A program made the translations under genes and the position numbers. Shown one piece after another: positions 17,398-27,062 of a stretch of DNA of 40,324 bases. Below the pieces are notes generated by a model. The model was not told the DNA's origin. It saw only the letters and a program-made list of their open reading frames with translations, and searched no databases. Source of the DNA: Thermoleophilia bacterium (lineage in GTDB: Bacteria > Actinomycetota > Thermoleophilia > BMS3ABIN01); assembly GCA_016650015.1 (NCBI GenBank), contig JAENWV010000001.1, forward strand, positions 1 through 40,324, read 5' to 3'. Within the stretch, counting starts at the first letter, position 1; each line of letters opens with the position of its first letter.

Positions 17398-18152
17398 TGT
17401 CAGGCTTGCGTAACCTCCTTGGAAATCTTCGCCGCAGCAGGACCGTACGCGAAGATTTTTTCTTAGATGCTGAAAATGCGCCGCGTTATGTCGCCATTAT
17501 CATGGATGGCAACGGCCGCTGGGCGGCGCGTCGGCACCTGCCGGCCATCGCCGGCCATCGCGAGGGTGCGAAGGCGCTGAAGCGGACGATCAAAGCAGCG
17601 CACGAGACTGGTATCAGGGAGCTATCCGTCTATGCTTTTTCCACGGAAAACTGGCAGCGCCCGCAAGCCGAGGTAAACGCGTTAATGGAAATGTTTGGTG
17701 AGCTGATTGACAAGGAAGTGCCAGAACTGGATGAGAAAGAGGTGCAGGTGCGTTTCATCGGCAGACGCAGCGGCCTCTCCGGCGACCTGCTACGAAAGAT
17801 GGCGTGGGCGGAAAACACGACCACGGCCAACTCCACCATGACGCTATATATTGCTTTCAATTACGGCGGCCGCAGCGAGATAGAAGATGCGTTCAAAGCC
17901 GCCGCGGTCAACGGGAAAGCTGGCGATGGAGAAATGGACTTTCGCCAATACCTGTATGCCCCCGATATGCATGACCCCGAACTATTGATCCGCACCAGCG
18001 GGGAAAAACGGTTGAGCAACTTCCTCCTTTGGCAGTGCGCCTACAGCGAGCTATATTTTACCGACAAGCTCTGGCCTGAGTTTAACGGGGAGGACCTCCT
18101 GAAGGCCCTTGCCGAATTCGGACTCCGCCAACGCCGTTTTGGAGCCAGGTAG
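17397..18152 (+). CDS. uppS: Isoprenyl (undecaprenyl) diphosphate synthase
   Basis: YVAIIMDGNGRWA, FSTENW.RP, RTSGEKRLSNFLLWQ. The ATG at 17397 overlaps the frr stop (TGATG); the ORF track starts one codon earlier at a TTG. Confidence 0.95.
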   Translation: MSGLRNLLGNLRRSRTVREDFFLDAENAPRYVAIIMDGNGRWAARRHLPAIAGHREGAKALKRTIKAAHETGIRELSVYAFSTENWQRPQAEVNALMEMFGELIDKEVPELDEKEVQVRFIGRRSGLSGDLLRKMAWAENTTTANSTMTLYIAFNYGGRSEIEDAFKAAAVNGKAGDGEMDFRQYLYAPDMHDPELLIRTSGEKRLSNFLLWQCAYSELYFTDKLWPEFNGEDLLKALAEFGLRQRRFGAR

Positions 18153-18158
18153 GCGATA

Positions 18159-18953
18159 ATGCTGATCACCCGCGCACTCGTTGGCATCGTCGGCGCCATA
18201 CTGGCTCTGATCGTCGTCTATACAGGCGGTATTCCTCTTCTGGTCGCCCTGATCGTGCTTAGCATCCTCGGCCTGCATGAGTTTTACCGCATGACCAGAT
18301 CTTACAAACCTAACCTGCTCGCTGGCTACGCCGGCGCCGTACTCATCCTTATTGGAGCCCATACCGGCGGCCTGGAGGGTGCTCTTCGCGGTGGAATCTA
18401 CCTGTTCGCGCTTACCTTCATACTACACGCGATACGGGGACTGAAGCCGGAGATGGTCGGGGAGATGGCAATAACATTTTTTGGCGCTTTCTATATTAGC
18501 ATCGGATTTGCACATGTCATCCTGCTGCGTACACCCACATATGGCATCAGCCTCGCTTTCGTGGTGCTGCTGGCAACCTGGACCTCCGATACCGTGGCAT
18601 ACGCGGTAGGCCACTATCTGGGTCAGCGGCCCATCTCTCCGGTCATCTCACCAAACAAGACCGTCGAGGGAACCCTGGCCGGCTTCATCGGTACAGTTGT
18701 GGTAGTCCTGATCGCCGGAAAATCCCTCCCCTGGATGGGCTCCGGACAATTTTTTATTCTGGGTGTCGTGATTGCAGTAACAGCGCCCCTGGGTGACCTT
18801 TTTGAGTCGTATATCAAAAGGGCGTCACAAGTGAAGGATGCGGGTACGATAATACCGGGGCACGGTGGCATTCTGGACCGCTTCGATTCGCTGCTCTTTG
18901 CCGGTGTGGCGGCTTTTTATGTAGTAACGGCTATGGTTGGCAACGGAGGATAG
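18159..18953 (+). CDS. cdsA: Phosphatidate cytidylyltransferase
   Basis: Multi-TM protein ending in SPNKTVEG...KRASQVKDAGTIIPGHGGILDRFDS. Confidence 0.9.
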   Translation: MLITRALVGIVGAILALIVVYTGGIPLLVALIVLSILGLHEFYRMTRSYKPNLLAGYAGAVLILIGAHTGGLEGALRGGIYLFALTFILHAIRGLKPEMVGEMAITFFGAFYISIGFAHVILLRTPTYGISLAFVVLLATWTSDTVAYAVGHYLGQRPISPVISPNKTVEGTLAGFIGTVVVVLIAGKSLPWMGSGQFFILGVVIAVTAPLGDLFESYIKRASQVKDAGTIIPGHGGILDRFDSLLFAGVAAFYVVTAMVGNGG

Positions 18954-20099
18954 ATGAAAAAAGTACTCGTACTCGGTTCTACCGGCTCCATAGGCAAGCA
19001 GGCGCTCGAAGTAATCTCCGAAACACCGGGGCTCGAAGTAGCAGGCCTGGCTGCCGGAACCAGCCACAGGTTGCTGGTAAAGCAGGCGCAAGCATTTAAT
19101 GTAAACACGGTAGCCATACTGGATGAGGCGGGCGGAAGCATCGTTGTCGAAGAACTGGCGGATGCAACTGTCTACTCGGGACCTGGCTGTATACGCGGTC
19201 TGGTAGAAGAGGTTGATTGTGACCTGGTACTTAATGCCGTAGTGGGCGCCGCCGGTCTCGAGGCGACCGTGGCCACGCTGGAGAAGGGTGTCGACCTTGC
19301 CCTGGCTAACAAGGAAAGCCTGGTGGTCGGCGGCAGTCTGGTAATGGAACTTGCCGCGAGTAGAAACGCCCGGGTACTGCCTGTCGACAGTGAGCACAGC
19401 GCTATTTTTCAATGCCTCCAGGGCTCTGATCAGAAACTGGAGCATATATTTCTGACGGCCTCCGGCGGACCATTTTTCGGCCGCAAGCGCGAGGATCTGC
19501 AAGACGTCACCCGGGAGGACGCCCTCAACCATCCCCGTTGGGAAATGGGCAGCAAAATCTCCATCGATTCGGCGACACTGATGAACAAGGGGCTTGAGAT
19601 CATCGAGGCACACCACCTGTTTGGTGTTCCCTATAGCGAAATAGAAGTGCTGGTCCATCCGCAGTCCATCGTCCATTCCCTGGCGCGATTCCAGGATGGT
19701 TCGGTTTTGGCCCAGATGGGACTGCCCAGCATGAAACTGCCCATCGCCTATGCGCTTAATTACCCGCGCCGGCTGCCTGTGGTAATGCCACAGCTGGACC
19801 TGATTAACGAACGCGAGCTTTCGTTTTTCGAGCCGGACCTTGATGCTTTTCCCTGTTTACGCATCGCAGTCGAGGCCGGCGAGCTCGGAGGTGGTGCCCC
19901 CATCGTTGTCAATGCCGCCAACGAGATAGCCGTGGCAGCCTTTCTCGGTGGGCAAATCAGGTTTCTTGCCATAGCGGACATTGTTAAAAAAACCCTTGAA
20001 TCCATGGCCGGCGACCTGCCGACAAAGCTTGCCGATCTTGAGGATATTACCGCTGTGGATGAAGAAGCGCGCCGCCTTGCCCGGAAACTGATCGTTTAG
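18954..20099 (+). CDS. dxr: 1-deoxy-D-xylulose 5-phosphate reductoisomerase
   Basis: LGSTGSIG, LANKESLV, DSEHSAIFQC, NHPRWEMG. Confidence 0.95.
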   Translation: MKKVLVLGSTGSIGKQALEVISETPGLEVAGLAAGTSHRLLVKQAQAFNVNTVAILDEAGGSIVVEELADATVYSGPGCIRGLVEEVDCDLVLNAVVGAAGLEATVATLEKGVDLALANKESLVVGGSLVMELAASRNARVLPVDSEHSAIFQCLQGSDQKLEHIFLTASGGPFFGRKREDLQDVTREDALNHPRWEMGSKISIDSATLMNKGLEIIEAHHLFGVPYSEIEVLVHPQSIVHSLARFQDGSVLAQMGLPSMKLPIAYALNYPRRLPVVMPQLDLINERELSFFEPDLDAFPCLRIAVEAGELGGGAPIVVNAANEIAVAAFLGGQIRFLAIADIVKKTLESMAGDLPTKLADLEDITAVDEEARRLARKLIV

Positions 20100-20103
20100 A
20101 GCA

Positions 20104-21168
20104 ATGTTGATCGTCATCGCCATTCTCGGGATCGGTTTCCTGATCATGATTCACGAACTGGGGCATTTCCTGGCCGCCAAGGCTTTTGGTATGCGGGCCG
20201 AGAAGTTCTATCTGGGCTTTCCGCCCGCCGCCCTGAAGAAAAAAATCGGTGAGACCGAGTACGGCATCGGTTTTATTCCCCTGGGCGGGTATGTCAAGAT
20301 TTCGGGTATGACCCGGGAGGAAGAACTGCCTGACGATGTAAAATCGCGTGCCTATGTCGCCAAGCCTGTTTGGCAGCGAATTATCGTCATATCCGCCGGA
20401 GCAGCCATGAACCTGGCATTTGCAGCCCTGCTTTTTTTCGTCTTCTACTGGCAAGGACTCCCGGAGTATCGCGCTACAGTCAACGTTTCAGCCGTTCAGG
20501 CTGACAGCGGCGCCGAACGTGCCGGACTCCAGCCAGACGACCGGTTGCTCGCCGTAAACAGCGTCAGCTCTGATGATCCGGAAGCCCTTCGCGATGAGCT
20601 GCGCTCTCACCCCGGGCAAACGGTAACGCTGGCCATCGAACGCGATGGAAACCAGTTGCTCCTGCCCGCGACGGTCGGCCTCAAGGAAGGGACTAATGAG
20701 GGACAGCTGGGAGTAATTTTCGATTCCGAATATGTTGGCAATCATGCTCTTCCAGTAGCCGAAGCAGCTACACTCGGGCTATCGGATGTCAAATTTATCA
20801 CTGGCGAGGTCTTCATCGCTATCAAGAATCTTTTTATCAGTGAAAAAAGCCGCGAGGAGCTATCCTCGCCGATCGGTATCGTCGCTTTTTCATCCAAGAC
20901 TATCGAGCTGGGATGGGGTTTCTATCTTCGGGTGCTTGGTTTCATCAGTTTGCAACTGGCCATTTTCAACCTGTTGCCCCTGTTGCCACTGGACGGCGGC
21001 CATGTACTTTTCAACATCATTGAAAAGATCAAAGGCTCACCGGTGCGGCGAGAGGTCTTTGAACGGGTCTCCGTCGTCGGCTTGATGCTGTTTGCCCTTT
21101 TGTTCCTGACAGGGCTGATGAACGATGTTCAGCGGCTCATGGGGCCAGGATTTGAGATTCGGCCCTAG
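20104..21168 (+). CDS. rseP: RIP site-2 metalloprotease (M50, RseP/Rip1-like) with PDZ domain
   Basis: HELGHF, GGYVKISGM and NLLPLLPLDGGH, with a PDZ-like middle region. Confidence 0.9.
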   Translation: MLIVIAILGIGFLIMIHELGHFLAAKAFGMRAEKFYLGFPPAALKKKIGETEYGIGFIPLGGYVKISGMTREEELPDDVKSRAYVAKPVWQRIIVISAGAAMNLAFAALLFFVFYWQGLPEYRATVNVSAVQADSGAERAGLQPDDRLLAVNSVSSDDPEALRDELRSHPGQTVTLAIERDGNQLLLPATVGLKEGTNEGQLGVIFDSEYVGNHALPVAEAATLGLSDVKFITGEVFIAIKNLFISEKSREELSSPIGIVAFSSKTIELGWGFYLRVLGFISLQLAIFNLLPLLPLDGGHVLFNIIEKIKGSPVRREVFERVSVVGLMLFALLFLTGLMNDVQRLMGPGFEIRP

Positions 21169-22239
21169 ATGGGCAGTAAAATACAAATCCGTGTGGGAGA
21201 GGTAGGCGTCGGCGGCGGAGCGCCCGTTTCGGTTCAGTCCATGACCAACACGGACAGCCGTGACGCTGAAGCCACCCTGGGCCAGATCCGCAGCCTGGCG
21301 GCCTACGGTTGCGAGATCGTGCGGGTAGCGGTGCCGGATCAAGCGGCGGTCGAAGCCCTGGCTGATATTACAGCTGAGTCGCCTTTGCCGGTTATCGCTG
21401 ACATTCATTTCAAGGCGGATCTGGCGATAGCGTCTGCCCGGTCAGGTGCTGCGGGTTTGCGAATCAATCCGGGAAATATCGGCAGCGGAGAGCGTGTCAG
21501 AGATGTTGTCGACGCGGCACGCGCCGCCGGTATTCCCATCCGGATAGGAGTGAATTCCGGGTCTCTGCCCAGAGAGAAACGCGAGCTGTCCGAAAAGCAG
21601 CCAGCCAGGGCGCTGGTAGAGACAATTCTGGATTATGTAACCTTGTTCGAGAAGCTGGACTTTCGCGATTTCAAAGTTTCGGCCAAGTCAGCCTCGGTGA
21701 CTGAAACCATCGAGGCCAACCTGATGCTCGGCTCAGAAATCGATTATCCCATCCACCTGGGCGTAACTGAAGCTGGAACCCTTCGGAGTGGCTCAATCAA
21801 GAGCGCAGTGGGGTTAGGAGCGCTGCTGGCGCAGGGCGTGGGGGACACCATTCGCGTTTCGCTCACCGGCGATCCAGTTGAAGAAGTCAGGGTGGGATAC
21901 GAAATATTGAAAAGCCTCGGTTTGCGCGAACACGGACCTGATCTGATTTCCTGTCCTACCTGTGGCAGAACTGAAATCGATCTGGAATCGATAGCTCTCG
22001 AGGTCGAACGGCGTCTGGCGGAATATGAAAATGCTTTCGAGGTCGCTGTCATGGGTTGTGTGGTCAACGGACCCGGGGAAGCAAGGCGCGCCGATTTCGG
22101 TATAGCCGGCGGCAAGGGGGAGGGCCTGATATTCTCTCATGGTGAGCCGATCCGCAAGGTGCAGGCGGAAAATCTGGTGGAAGCCCTGTTCGAGGAGATC
22201 GAAAAATCCCGTGAGAAACAGTCGCCAGAAAAGCCGTAA
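21169..22239 (+). CDS. ispG: 4-hydroxy-3-methylbut-2-en-1-yl diphosphate synthase
   Basis: VQSMTNT, LRINPGNIG, IRIGVNSGSL, CPTCGR, GCVVNGPGE. Confidence 0.95.
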   Translation: MGSKIQIRVGEVGVGGGAPVSVQSMTNTDSRDAEATLGQIRSLAAYGCEIVRVAVPDQAAVEALADITAESPLPVIADIHFKADLAIASARSGAAGLRINPGNIGSGERVRDVVDAARAAGIPIRIGVNSGSLPREKRELSEKQPARALVETILDYVTLFEKLDFRDFKVSAKSASVTETIEANLMLGSEIDYPIHLGVTEAGTLRSGSIKSAVGLGALLAQGVGDTIRVSLTGDPVEEVRVGYEILKSLGLREHGPDLISCPTCGRTEIDLESIALEVERRLAEYENAFEVAVMGCVVNGPGEARRADFGIAGGKGEGLIFSHGEPIRKVQAENLVEALFEEIEKSREKQSPEKP

Positions 22240-22315
22240 TCAGCATCGCGGGAGCAAACCTTATCATTTCCTTGCACTTTAACCCTTAGAATCTATAGTC
22301 TTAAGACCGGTTATT

Positions 22316-23998
22316 ATGAGAGCATCCAGACTATTTTTCCCAACACTTAAAGATGACCCGGCAGAAGCTGAGGCGATCAGCCACAAGCTGATGATCCGAG
22401 CCGGGCTTGTGCGTCAACTCGCGGCGGGCCTGTATATCTACCTGCCCCTCGGTCTTAAGGTGGTCGACAAGGTCTGCCGCATCATCCGCGAGGAAATGAA
22501 CGCCATCGGTGCCCAGGAACTCTCGATGCCGATACTGCATCCTGCTGAGATCTGGCAAAAGACCGGTCGCTGGCAAGAGATTGGGGATGAGATGTTCCGT
22601 CTCAAGGATCGCGGCGGCCGCGACATGGTGCTGGCGATGACTCATGAAGAGGTCATTACCTGGCTCGCGGCACACGAGATTCGATCCTACCGCGATCTAC
22701 CCCAGGTCTGGTACCAGATTCAGACCAAGCTTCGCGACGAAGCCCGCCCCAAGAGCGGTATCCTGCGCACCCGCGAATTTATCATGAAGGACTCCTACAG
22801 CTTTGACACCGACGAAGAATCGCTGGAGCAGAACTATCAGCTGCACATTCAGGCCTACAGCCGCATCTTTCAACGCTGTGGTATTCGTTTTTATATGGTA
22901 GAGAGCGATCCGGGTATGATGGGCGGCGCCACCGCTCACGAATTCATGGCTCCCAGCGCCGCTGGCGAGGACGAGGTCGCCCTTTGCCCCTGTGGTTACT
23001 CCGCAAATCTGGAGCTGGCCAGGTCTGTCCCGGAAGTTCCGGAATTTCCTCAGGCCGGCCTGGAAGAGATCGCCACACCAGATGTCCGCACCATCGATGA
23101 GGTTTCCAAGTTTCTGAATGTAGACCCGGCGCTGCTGATCAAGTCGCTACTGGTTATGACCGACGCCGGCCCGGTTCTGGCCATGCTCCGGGGCGATCAG
23201 GAACTGCAGGATTCGAAATTGAACCGAATTATCGGCACGCATCGACCGGCGTCACCTGCGGAAATCCAGGCGATCACCGGTGCCGGTACCGGATTCATCG
23301 GGCCGGTAGGGCTGAACCTACGAAAAGTCGCTGATGAGTCGCTGGAGCGTGGAGTTTTCATAGTCGGTGCCAACAAGGATGGCTACCATTACAAAGGAGC
23401 GGTCCTGGGGCATGATTTCGAGACTGAACTAGCCGATATCCGCCGGGTCAAACCCGACGAGACATGCCCGTTCTGCGGCAAGCGGCTGAGTATCGAGCAG
23501 GTCATCGAGATCGGCAACATCTTCAAGCTGGGCACAAAATACAGTGAGCCTCTGGGCGCGACCTATCTTAACGAGAGCGGCAAGGAACAAAACATAATCA
23601 TGGGCAGCTACGGCATCGGCCCGGCGCGAATAGTCGCGGCGGCAATCGAACAACTCGCCGATGAGAAGGGTATCATTTGGCCCGTAAGCATCGCGCCATT
23701 CGCCATCCACGTGGCGCTGGTGCAACCTGCCGATTCGCAACAAACGGCAATAGCCGAAAAACTCTATGCAGATTTGATGGCGGCCGGAGCCGAGGTACTC
23801 CTGGACGATCGCGCCGTTTCGCCAGGTGTCAAGTTCAAAGACGCCGAGCTGCTCGGCTGTCCTTTGCGTGTAACCATCGGCAAACGCACCGTCGCGGAGG
23901 GATCGGTAGAAGTTCAGGTCAGACACGGGGGAGAGGAACACAAGTTCGAGCTGGGGACGGCTGCTGACAATATTCTGAGCCTGCTGGATTCCCTCTGA
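22316..23998 (+). CDS. proS: Proline--tRNA ligase (bacterial type with editing insertion)
   Basis: MRASRLFFPTLKDDPAEAE.ISHKLMIRAG, FRDE.RP..G..R.REF and the class II motifs. 560 aa. Confidence 0.95.
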   Translation: MRASRLFFPTLKDDPAEAEAISHKLMIRAGLVRQLAAGLYIYLPLGLKVVDKVCRIIREEMNAIGAQELSMPILHPAEIWQKTGRWQEIGDEMFRLKDRGGRDMVLAMTHEEVITWLAAHEIRSYRDLPQVWYQIQTKLRDEARPKSGILRTREFIMKDSYSFDTDEESLEQNYQLHIQAYSRIFQRCGIRFYMVESDPGMMGGATAHEFMAPSAAGEDEVALCPCGYSANLELARSVPEVPEFPQAGLEEIATPDVRTIDEVSKFLNVDPALLIKSLLVMTDAGPVLAMLRGDQELQDSKLNRIIGTHRPASPAEIQAITGAGTGFIGPVGLNLRKVADESLERGVFIVGANKDGYHYKGAVLGHDFETELADIRRVKPDETCPFCGKRLSIEQVIEIGNIFKLGTKYSEPLGATYLNESGKEQNIIMGSYGIGPARIVAAAIEQLADEKGIIWPVSIAPFAIHVALVQPADSQQTAIAEKLYADLMAAGAEVLLDDRAVSPGVKFKDAELLGCPLRVTIGKRTVAEGSVEVQVRHGGEEHKFELGTAADNILSLLDSL

Positions 23999-24475
23999 TC
24001 GATTTTAATCGCGGTTAGCCCCCATTCGCTGATTTCCGCCGTTTTATCCGCACTTCCACTGCTTCGCATCTTTTTTATCCTGCATATTGCCGTATTTTCT
24101 CTGAATTAACCGATTCATTTTCAAATTCTTAAAAATTTTTGTTCTGAATCGCGAGCTGCGTAACCGATTTCAATTTCTACGCCGCGCAGTCTACTAATGT
24201 TACGGAAAACTTTTTGATCTTATCTTGTCTATATGCGTGTTATAGGTTCATAGTTATTGCAGGCATTTCTGGGCAGGTTGGGCTTTTTTGACGCAGTATT
24301 TATGAGTCATACAGACATTACTGGCCGCACAGGCGTTTTTAACACCCAGGACCATGCGTTTAGACGGTCAACATCCAGCGATGAACCCCAACTGTATACT
24401 CAGCTCCGCCAACCGTGCACGATAATATATATTATGTAACCTTTTAAATTTAGGTTAAGAAGCTATCGAACCCTT

Positions 24476-24503
24476 TTTACATCCCTCCCTTATGTACTAA
24501 ACT
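24476..24503 (+). promoter_or_regulatory. Candidate promoter for the RlpA-like gene
   Basis: TTTACA (24476-24481), a 16-nt spacer, then TAAACT (24498-24503), about 90 nt upstream of the TTG at 24594. Pattern match only. Confidence 0.3.
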
Positions 24504-24593
24504 CTCCGGGGTCCATGTCGATAGTAGCCACGGAAAGCTAATGTCCACCGGAAACCGTTTCTGGCCAGGCAATACCGAATAGGGATAAATGCG

Positions 24594-25640
24594 TTGCTAA
24601 ACAGAAAATCTGAGAAGTCATCATATACCTACATCAGATTGTTGTGTTCATTCTTCCTTACGGCCGCCTGCTGTTTTCTGATTGTTGTATCAGCCGCGAT
24701 CGCAGAAAGCGGTTCTCGGGAAATATCCGACGGGATAGCGCGTTCTCAGCAAAACCTTGACAGGACTCGTGATGAAATAGCCCAACTGGATCAGCGCATT
24801 GCGACAGCGCAGCAATACCTCGGCCAGAGGCGTATGGAACTCGCTGACGCAACCACAAAGCTGCGTAACGCAGAGGATATGTACAATGAGACCCTCAATC
24901 TATACGAGGGCCGCATTTCGGCCATCTATAAACTAGGAGAGAGTAATTATCTAGCCATAATGCTCTCCAGCGAGGACATATCTGATGCCTTTGCCCGTTC
25001 ATCATATCTGAGCAGGGTATCTGAAAATGATGAACGTCTGGTTAAACAGGTCAAAGCCCAGGCGGAATCTATCCGCCAAATGCGTGAAAAGGTCGACGAT
25101 CTCAAGCAGTCCCAGGCGGAAGACGTCAATGGGCTTATAATCCGTAGACAGCAACTCGAGGCTCAAATAAGCTCCGGCAAAGCGGAAATCGACAGCGAGA
25201 TGGCTGAGCTCACTCGCGCGCAGTCCCGTGAGCAGCAGCAGGAATTGGAGCGTGCCGCCGAGGAGTCCGCGGCAATCGATGCGGGCAACATCTACTCGAG
25301 CGTGATGGGGCCATCGATCATAGTTTCAAACCAGCCGCCTGCGGGGCTACAGCCGACCGGTGTGGCCATCAGCGGTATAGCCAGCTGGTATGGTCCTGGT
25401 TTCCAGGGTAATAGTACGGCTAATGGTGAAATCTATAACATGTACGGTTACACCGCCGCCCACAAATCGCTGCCTTTCAATACCTGGCTGAAAGTGACCC
25501 ATGAAGGCCGCTCGGTATTTGTGCGGATCAACGATCGGGGTCCCTATGTCGGCGGGCGGATCATCGACCTTTCACTGGCAAGCGCGCAGGCAATAGGGAT
25601 AAGCGGCATCGGGTTCGTCAGCGCCGAGGTTTATCGTTAG
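24594..25640 (+). CDS. Secreted coiled-coil protein with a C-terminal RlpA-like double-psi beta-barrel (lytic transglycosylase-like) domain
   Basis: It has an N-terminal hydrophobic signal/anchor and a long coiled coil. The DPBB domain reads ASWYGPGFQGNSTANGEIYN...TAAHKSLPFNTWLKVT...VRINDRGPYVGGRIIDLS. TTG start 8 nt after AGGGA. Confidence 0.8.
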   Translation: MLNRKSEKSSYTYIRLLCSFFLTAACCFLIVVSAAIAESGSREISDGIARSQQNLDRTRDEIAQLDQRIATAQQYLGQRRMELADATTKLRNAEDMYNETLNLYEGRISAIYKLGESNYLAIMLSSEDISDAFARSSYLSRVSENDERLVKQVKAQAESIRQMREKVDDLKQSQAEDVNGLIIRRQQLEAQISSGKAEIDSEMAELTRAQSREQQQELERAAEESAAIDAGNIYSSVMGPSIIVSNQPPAGLQPTGVAISGIASWYGPGFQGNSTANGEIYNMYGYTAAHKSLPFNTWLKVTHEGRSVFVRINDRGPYVGGRIIDLSLASAQAIGISGIGFVSAEVYR

Positions 25641-25673
25641 AAAAAAATACAGGGCGGTCAGAGGCGTCCTGTA
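25641..25673 (-). terminator. Rho-independent terminator of apt
   Basis: On the minus strand: TACAGGACGC-CTCTGAC-GCCCTGTA hairpin (25648-25673) followed by T7 (25641-25647). Confidence 0.7.
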
Positions 25674-25734
25674 CAAATTGCCGGAACTATATCCTTAATT
25701 AAGATCCCCACTCTGCTCCGCTACGGTCCATCCC

Positions 25735-26256
25735 CTACTCTGAATCGTACTTTATCAGGCTGAAAATGTCGTATTCCTTGAGCTTTTCACGGCCCTTCAG
25801 GAATGACAGCTCGACTATGAAAGTGACTCCGACAACTTCGCCGCCCAGCTTTTCCACCAGGTCACATTTTGCCCGGGCGGTTCCACCCGTAGCCAGAAGG
25901 TCGTCGTGAACAAGCACCCTGGTTCCCGGGGCAATCGCGTCATTGTGTACTTCAAGGCTGTCGGTTCCGTACTCGAGATCGTATTCCGCCGCGACTGTCA
26001 GAAACGGCAGCTTGCCCGGCTTCCTGGCAGGTACAAAACCTGCTCCCAGCGTGTACGCGAGAACTGCTCCAAGAATGAAGCCGCGGGCCTCGGCTCCCAC
26101 GACAACATCAATCTTCTTCCCCACCCCGAACTCTGCCATTTGGTCTACCGCATAACGCAAAGATTCCGCATCCTGTAGCAGCGGTGTTATATCCCTGAAT
26201 ATTATGCCTTCCTTGGGAAAGTCGGGTATGTCGCGTATCTTTGATGCCAGATCCAT
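25735..26256 (-). CDS. apt: Adenine phosphoribosyltransferase
   Basis: MDLASKIRDIPDFPKEGIIFRDITPLL and the PRPP loop VLVHDDLLATGGT. The ATG at 26256 is 10 nt after AAAGGAG; the ORF track starts at 26307. Confidence 0.95.
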   Translation of the reverse strand: MDLASKIRDIPDFPKEGIIFRDITPLLQDAESLRYAVDQMAEFGVGKKIDVVVGAEARGFILGAVLAYTLGAGFVPARKPGKLPFLTVAAEYDLEYGTDSLEVHNDAIAPGTRVLVHDDLLATGGTARAKCDLVEKLGGEVVGVTFIVELSFLKGREKLKEYDIFSLIKYDSE

Positions 26257-26342
26257 TGCTTCTCTGCTCCTTTCAGATTGCACAAAATTCGTAAATACTG
26301 ATAGCAATCTATTATTGGTTGACTACAAAACTACTATTTTGC

Positions 26343-27062
26343 TTAAGACGCAATATATTTTCTCAGGTCTTTTATAAGTAGCAGATGTTTGAGATATGAA
26401 GAAACCGTCGCAAGGTTTTCCAGAGCCGCTATTCCATCCTTCCGAGTCTGTGGGTTTTGCGATCGCAGGGTCGGCGAGAGAATCTGCAGCAGCAGAGCTG
26501 ATTCCCGGTCGACTGAGCTCTTCAACGTTTTAAGGTTACGCGCCGCAACGCCATACTGAGCAAGGTCCGAGGCGGCCGCCATCACCTCTACGTCCGTTTG
26601 GTCGTAACGTCGGGTGCCCCCGCTTGAAACGCCGCTGATTAAACCATATTCCTCGAGCTCACGGACCAGCTCTCCCTCAGCACCGGAAGCTTCAAGCGCC
26701 TCTTCGAGTGTAAAGCTCTTGGTATCTGATAAAGGGGGAGGCTTGAGGCTTACTTTCTTGAATCGCCGGCCGCTGGTAGGACGTACGGCTACGGTGCCCT
26801 TACGCGAAAGCTCCTGGCGGATTACCTTAAGCGGCAGAAACTCATCCCTCTGTAATGCGAGAATTGTACGCAGTCTTTCCACATCCGCCTTGGAAAAAAG
26901 CCGGTAGCCACCAGTTGTCCTTTTGGGGGCTATCAGCTTCTCGTCCTCCAGATAGCGGATCTTGCTGATGCTGATATCGGAAAATTCCGGTTTGAGAAAT
27001 TCTACTACAGCGCCTATCGTCAGCGCCCTGGAGGTGGCGCCGTTACCCTCGTCCTCTTTCAT
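26343..27062 (-). CDS. MerR-family transcriptional regulator (two-domain, FtsR-like)
   Basis: LTIGAVVEFL...ISKIRYLEDEKLIAPKRTTGGYRLFSKADVERL, plus a second MerR-like segment (YGLISGVSSGGTRRYDQTDVEVM). Its ATG overlaps the FHA gene stop (ATGA). Confidence 0.85.
   Translation of the reverse strand: MKEDEGNGATSRALTIGAVVEFLKPEFSDISISKIRYLEDEKLIAPKRTTGGYRLFSKADVERLRTILALQRDEFLPLKVIRQELSRKGTVAVRPTSGRRFKKVSLKPPPLSDTKSFTLEEALEASGAEGELVRELEEYGLISGVSSGGTRRYDQTDVEVMAAASDLAQYGVAARNLKTLKSSVDRESALLLQILSPTLRSQNPQTRKDGIAALENLATVSSYLKHLLLIKDLRKYIAS

Noticed and set aside
18825-19676. Long antisense or alternate-frame ORFs inside well-supported genes. Examples are 18825-19676 (283 aa, antisense to dxr), 16291-16998 (antisense to pyrH/frr), 10011-10658 (alternate frame of the 4Fe-4S gene) and 3354-3962 (antisense to panC). 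Others are 34908-35510 (antisense to hflX), 36878-37456 (antisense to dapF), 33671-34234 (antisense to dut), 23429-23941 (antisense to proS) and 31735-32253 (antisense to the nucleotidyltransferase gene).
   Set aside because: Each lies wholly within a gene whose product has clear family motifs. Their translations are Arg/Gly/Pro/Ala-biased with no recognisable motifs and no ribosome-binding sites. They are typical shadow ORFs of moderately GC-rich coding DNA.
24044-24083. Replication origin (oriC): an AT-rich spacer with DnaA-box-like words TTATCCGCA and TTATCCTGC, plus ATGTCCACC at 24541.
   Set aside because: There are only two or three imperfect boxes and no dnaA/dnaN nearby. Gene orientation converges about 1 kb downstream (25640/25735) rather than diverging as expected at an origin.
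24257-24439. 60-aa ORF in the AT-rich spacer.
   Set aside because: It has a TTG start with no SD and an unremarkable composition. It spans the most GC-rich part of a non-coding region, so it is probably a chance ORF.
24400-24593. A c-di-AMP (ydaO-type) riboswitch upstream of the RlpA-like cell-wall gene, as seen before such genes in actinobacteria and firmicutes.
   Set aside because: I found only fragmentary resemblances (CCGGGGTCCA, AGCTAA, CCGAAT). The conserved ACCCGAAUCCG.CAGCUAACCUCGUA-type core is absent. The likely leader after the candidate promoter is only about 90 nt, too short for that riboswitch. An Infernal scan would settle it.
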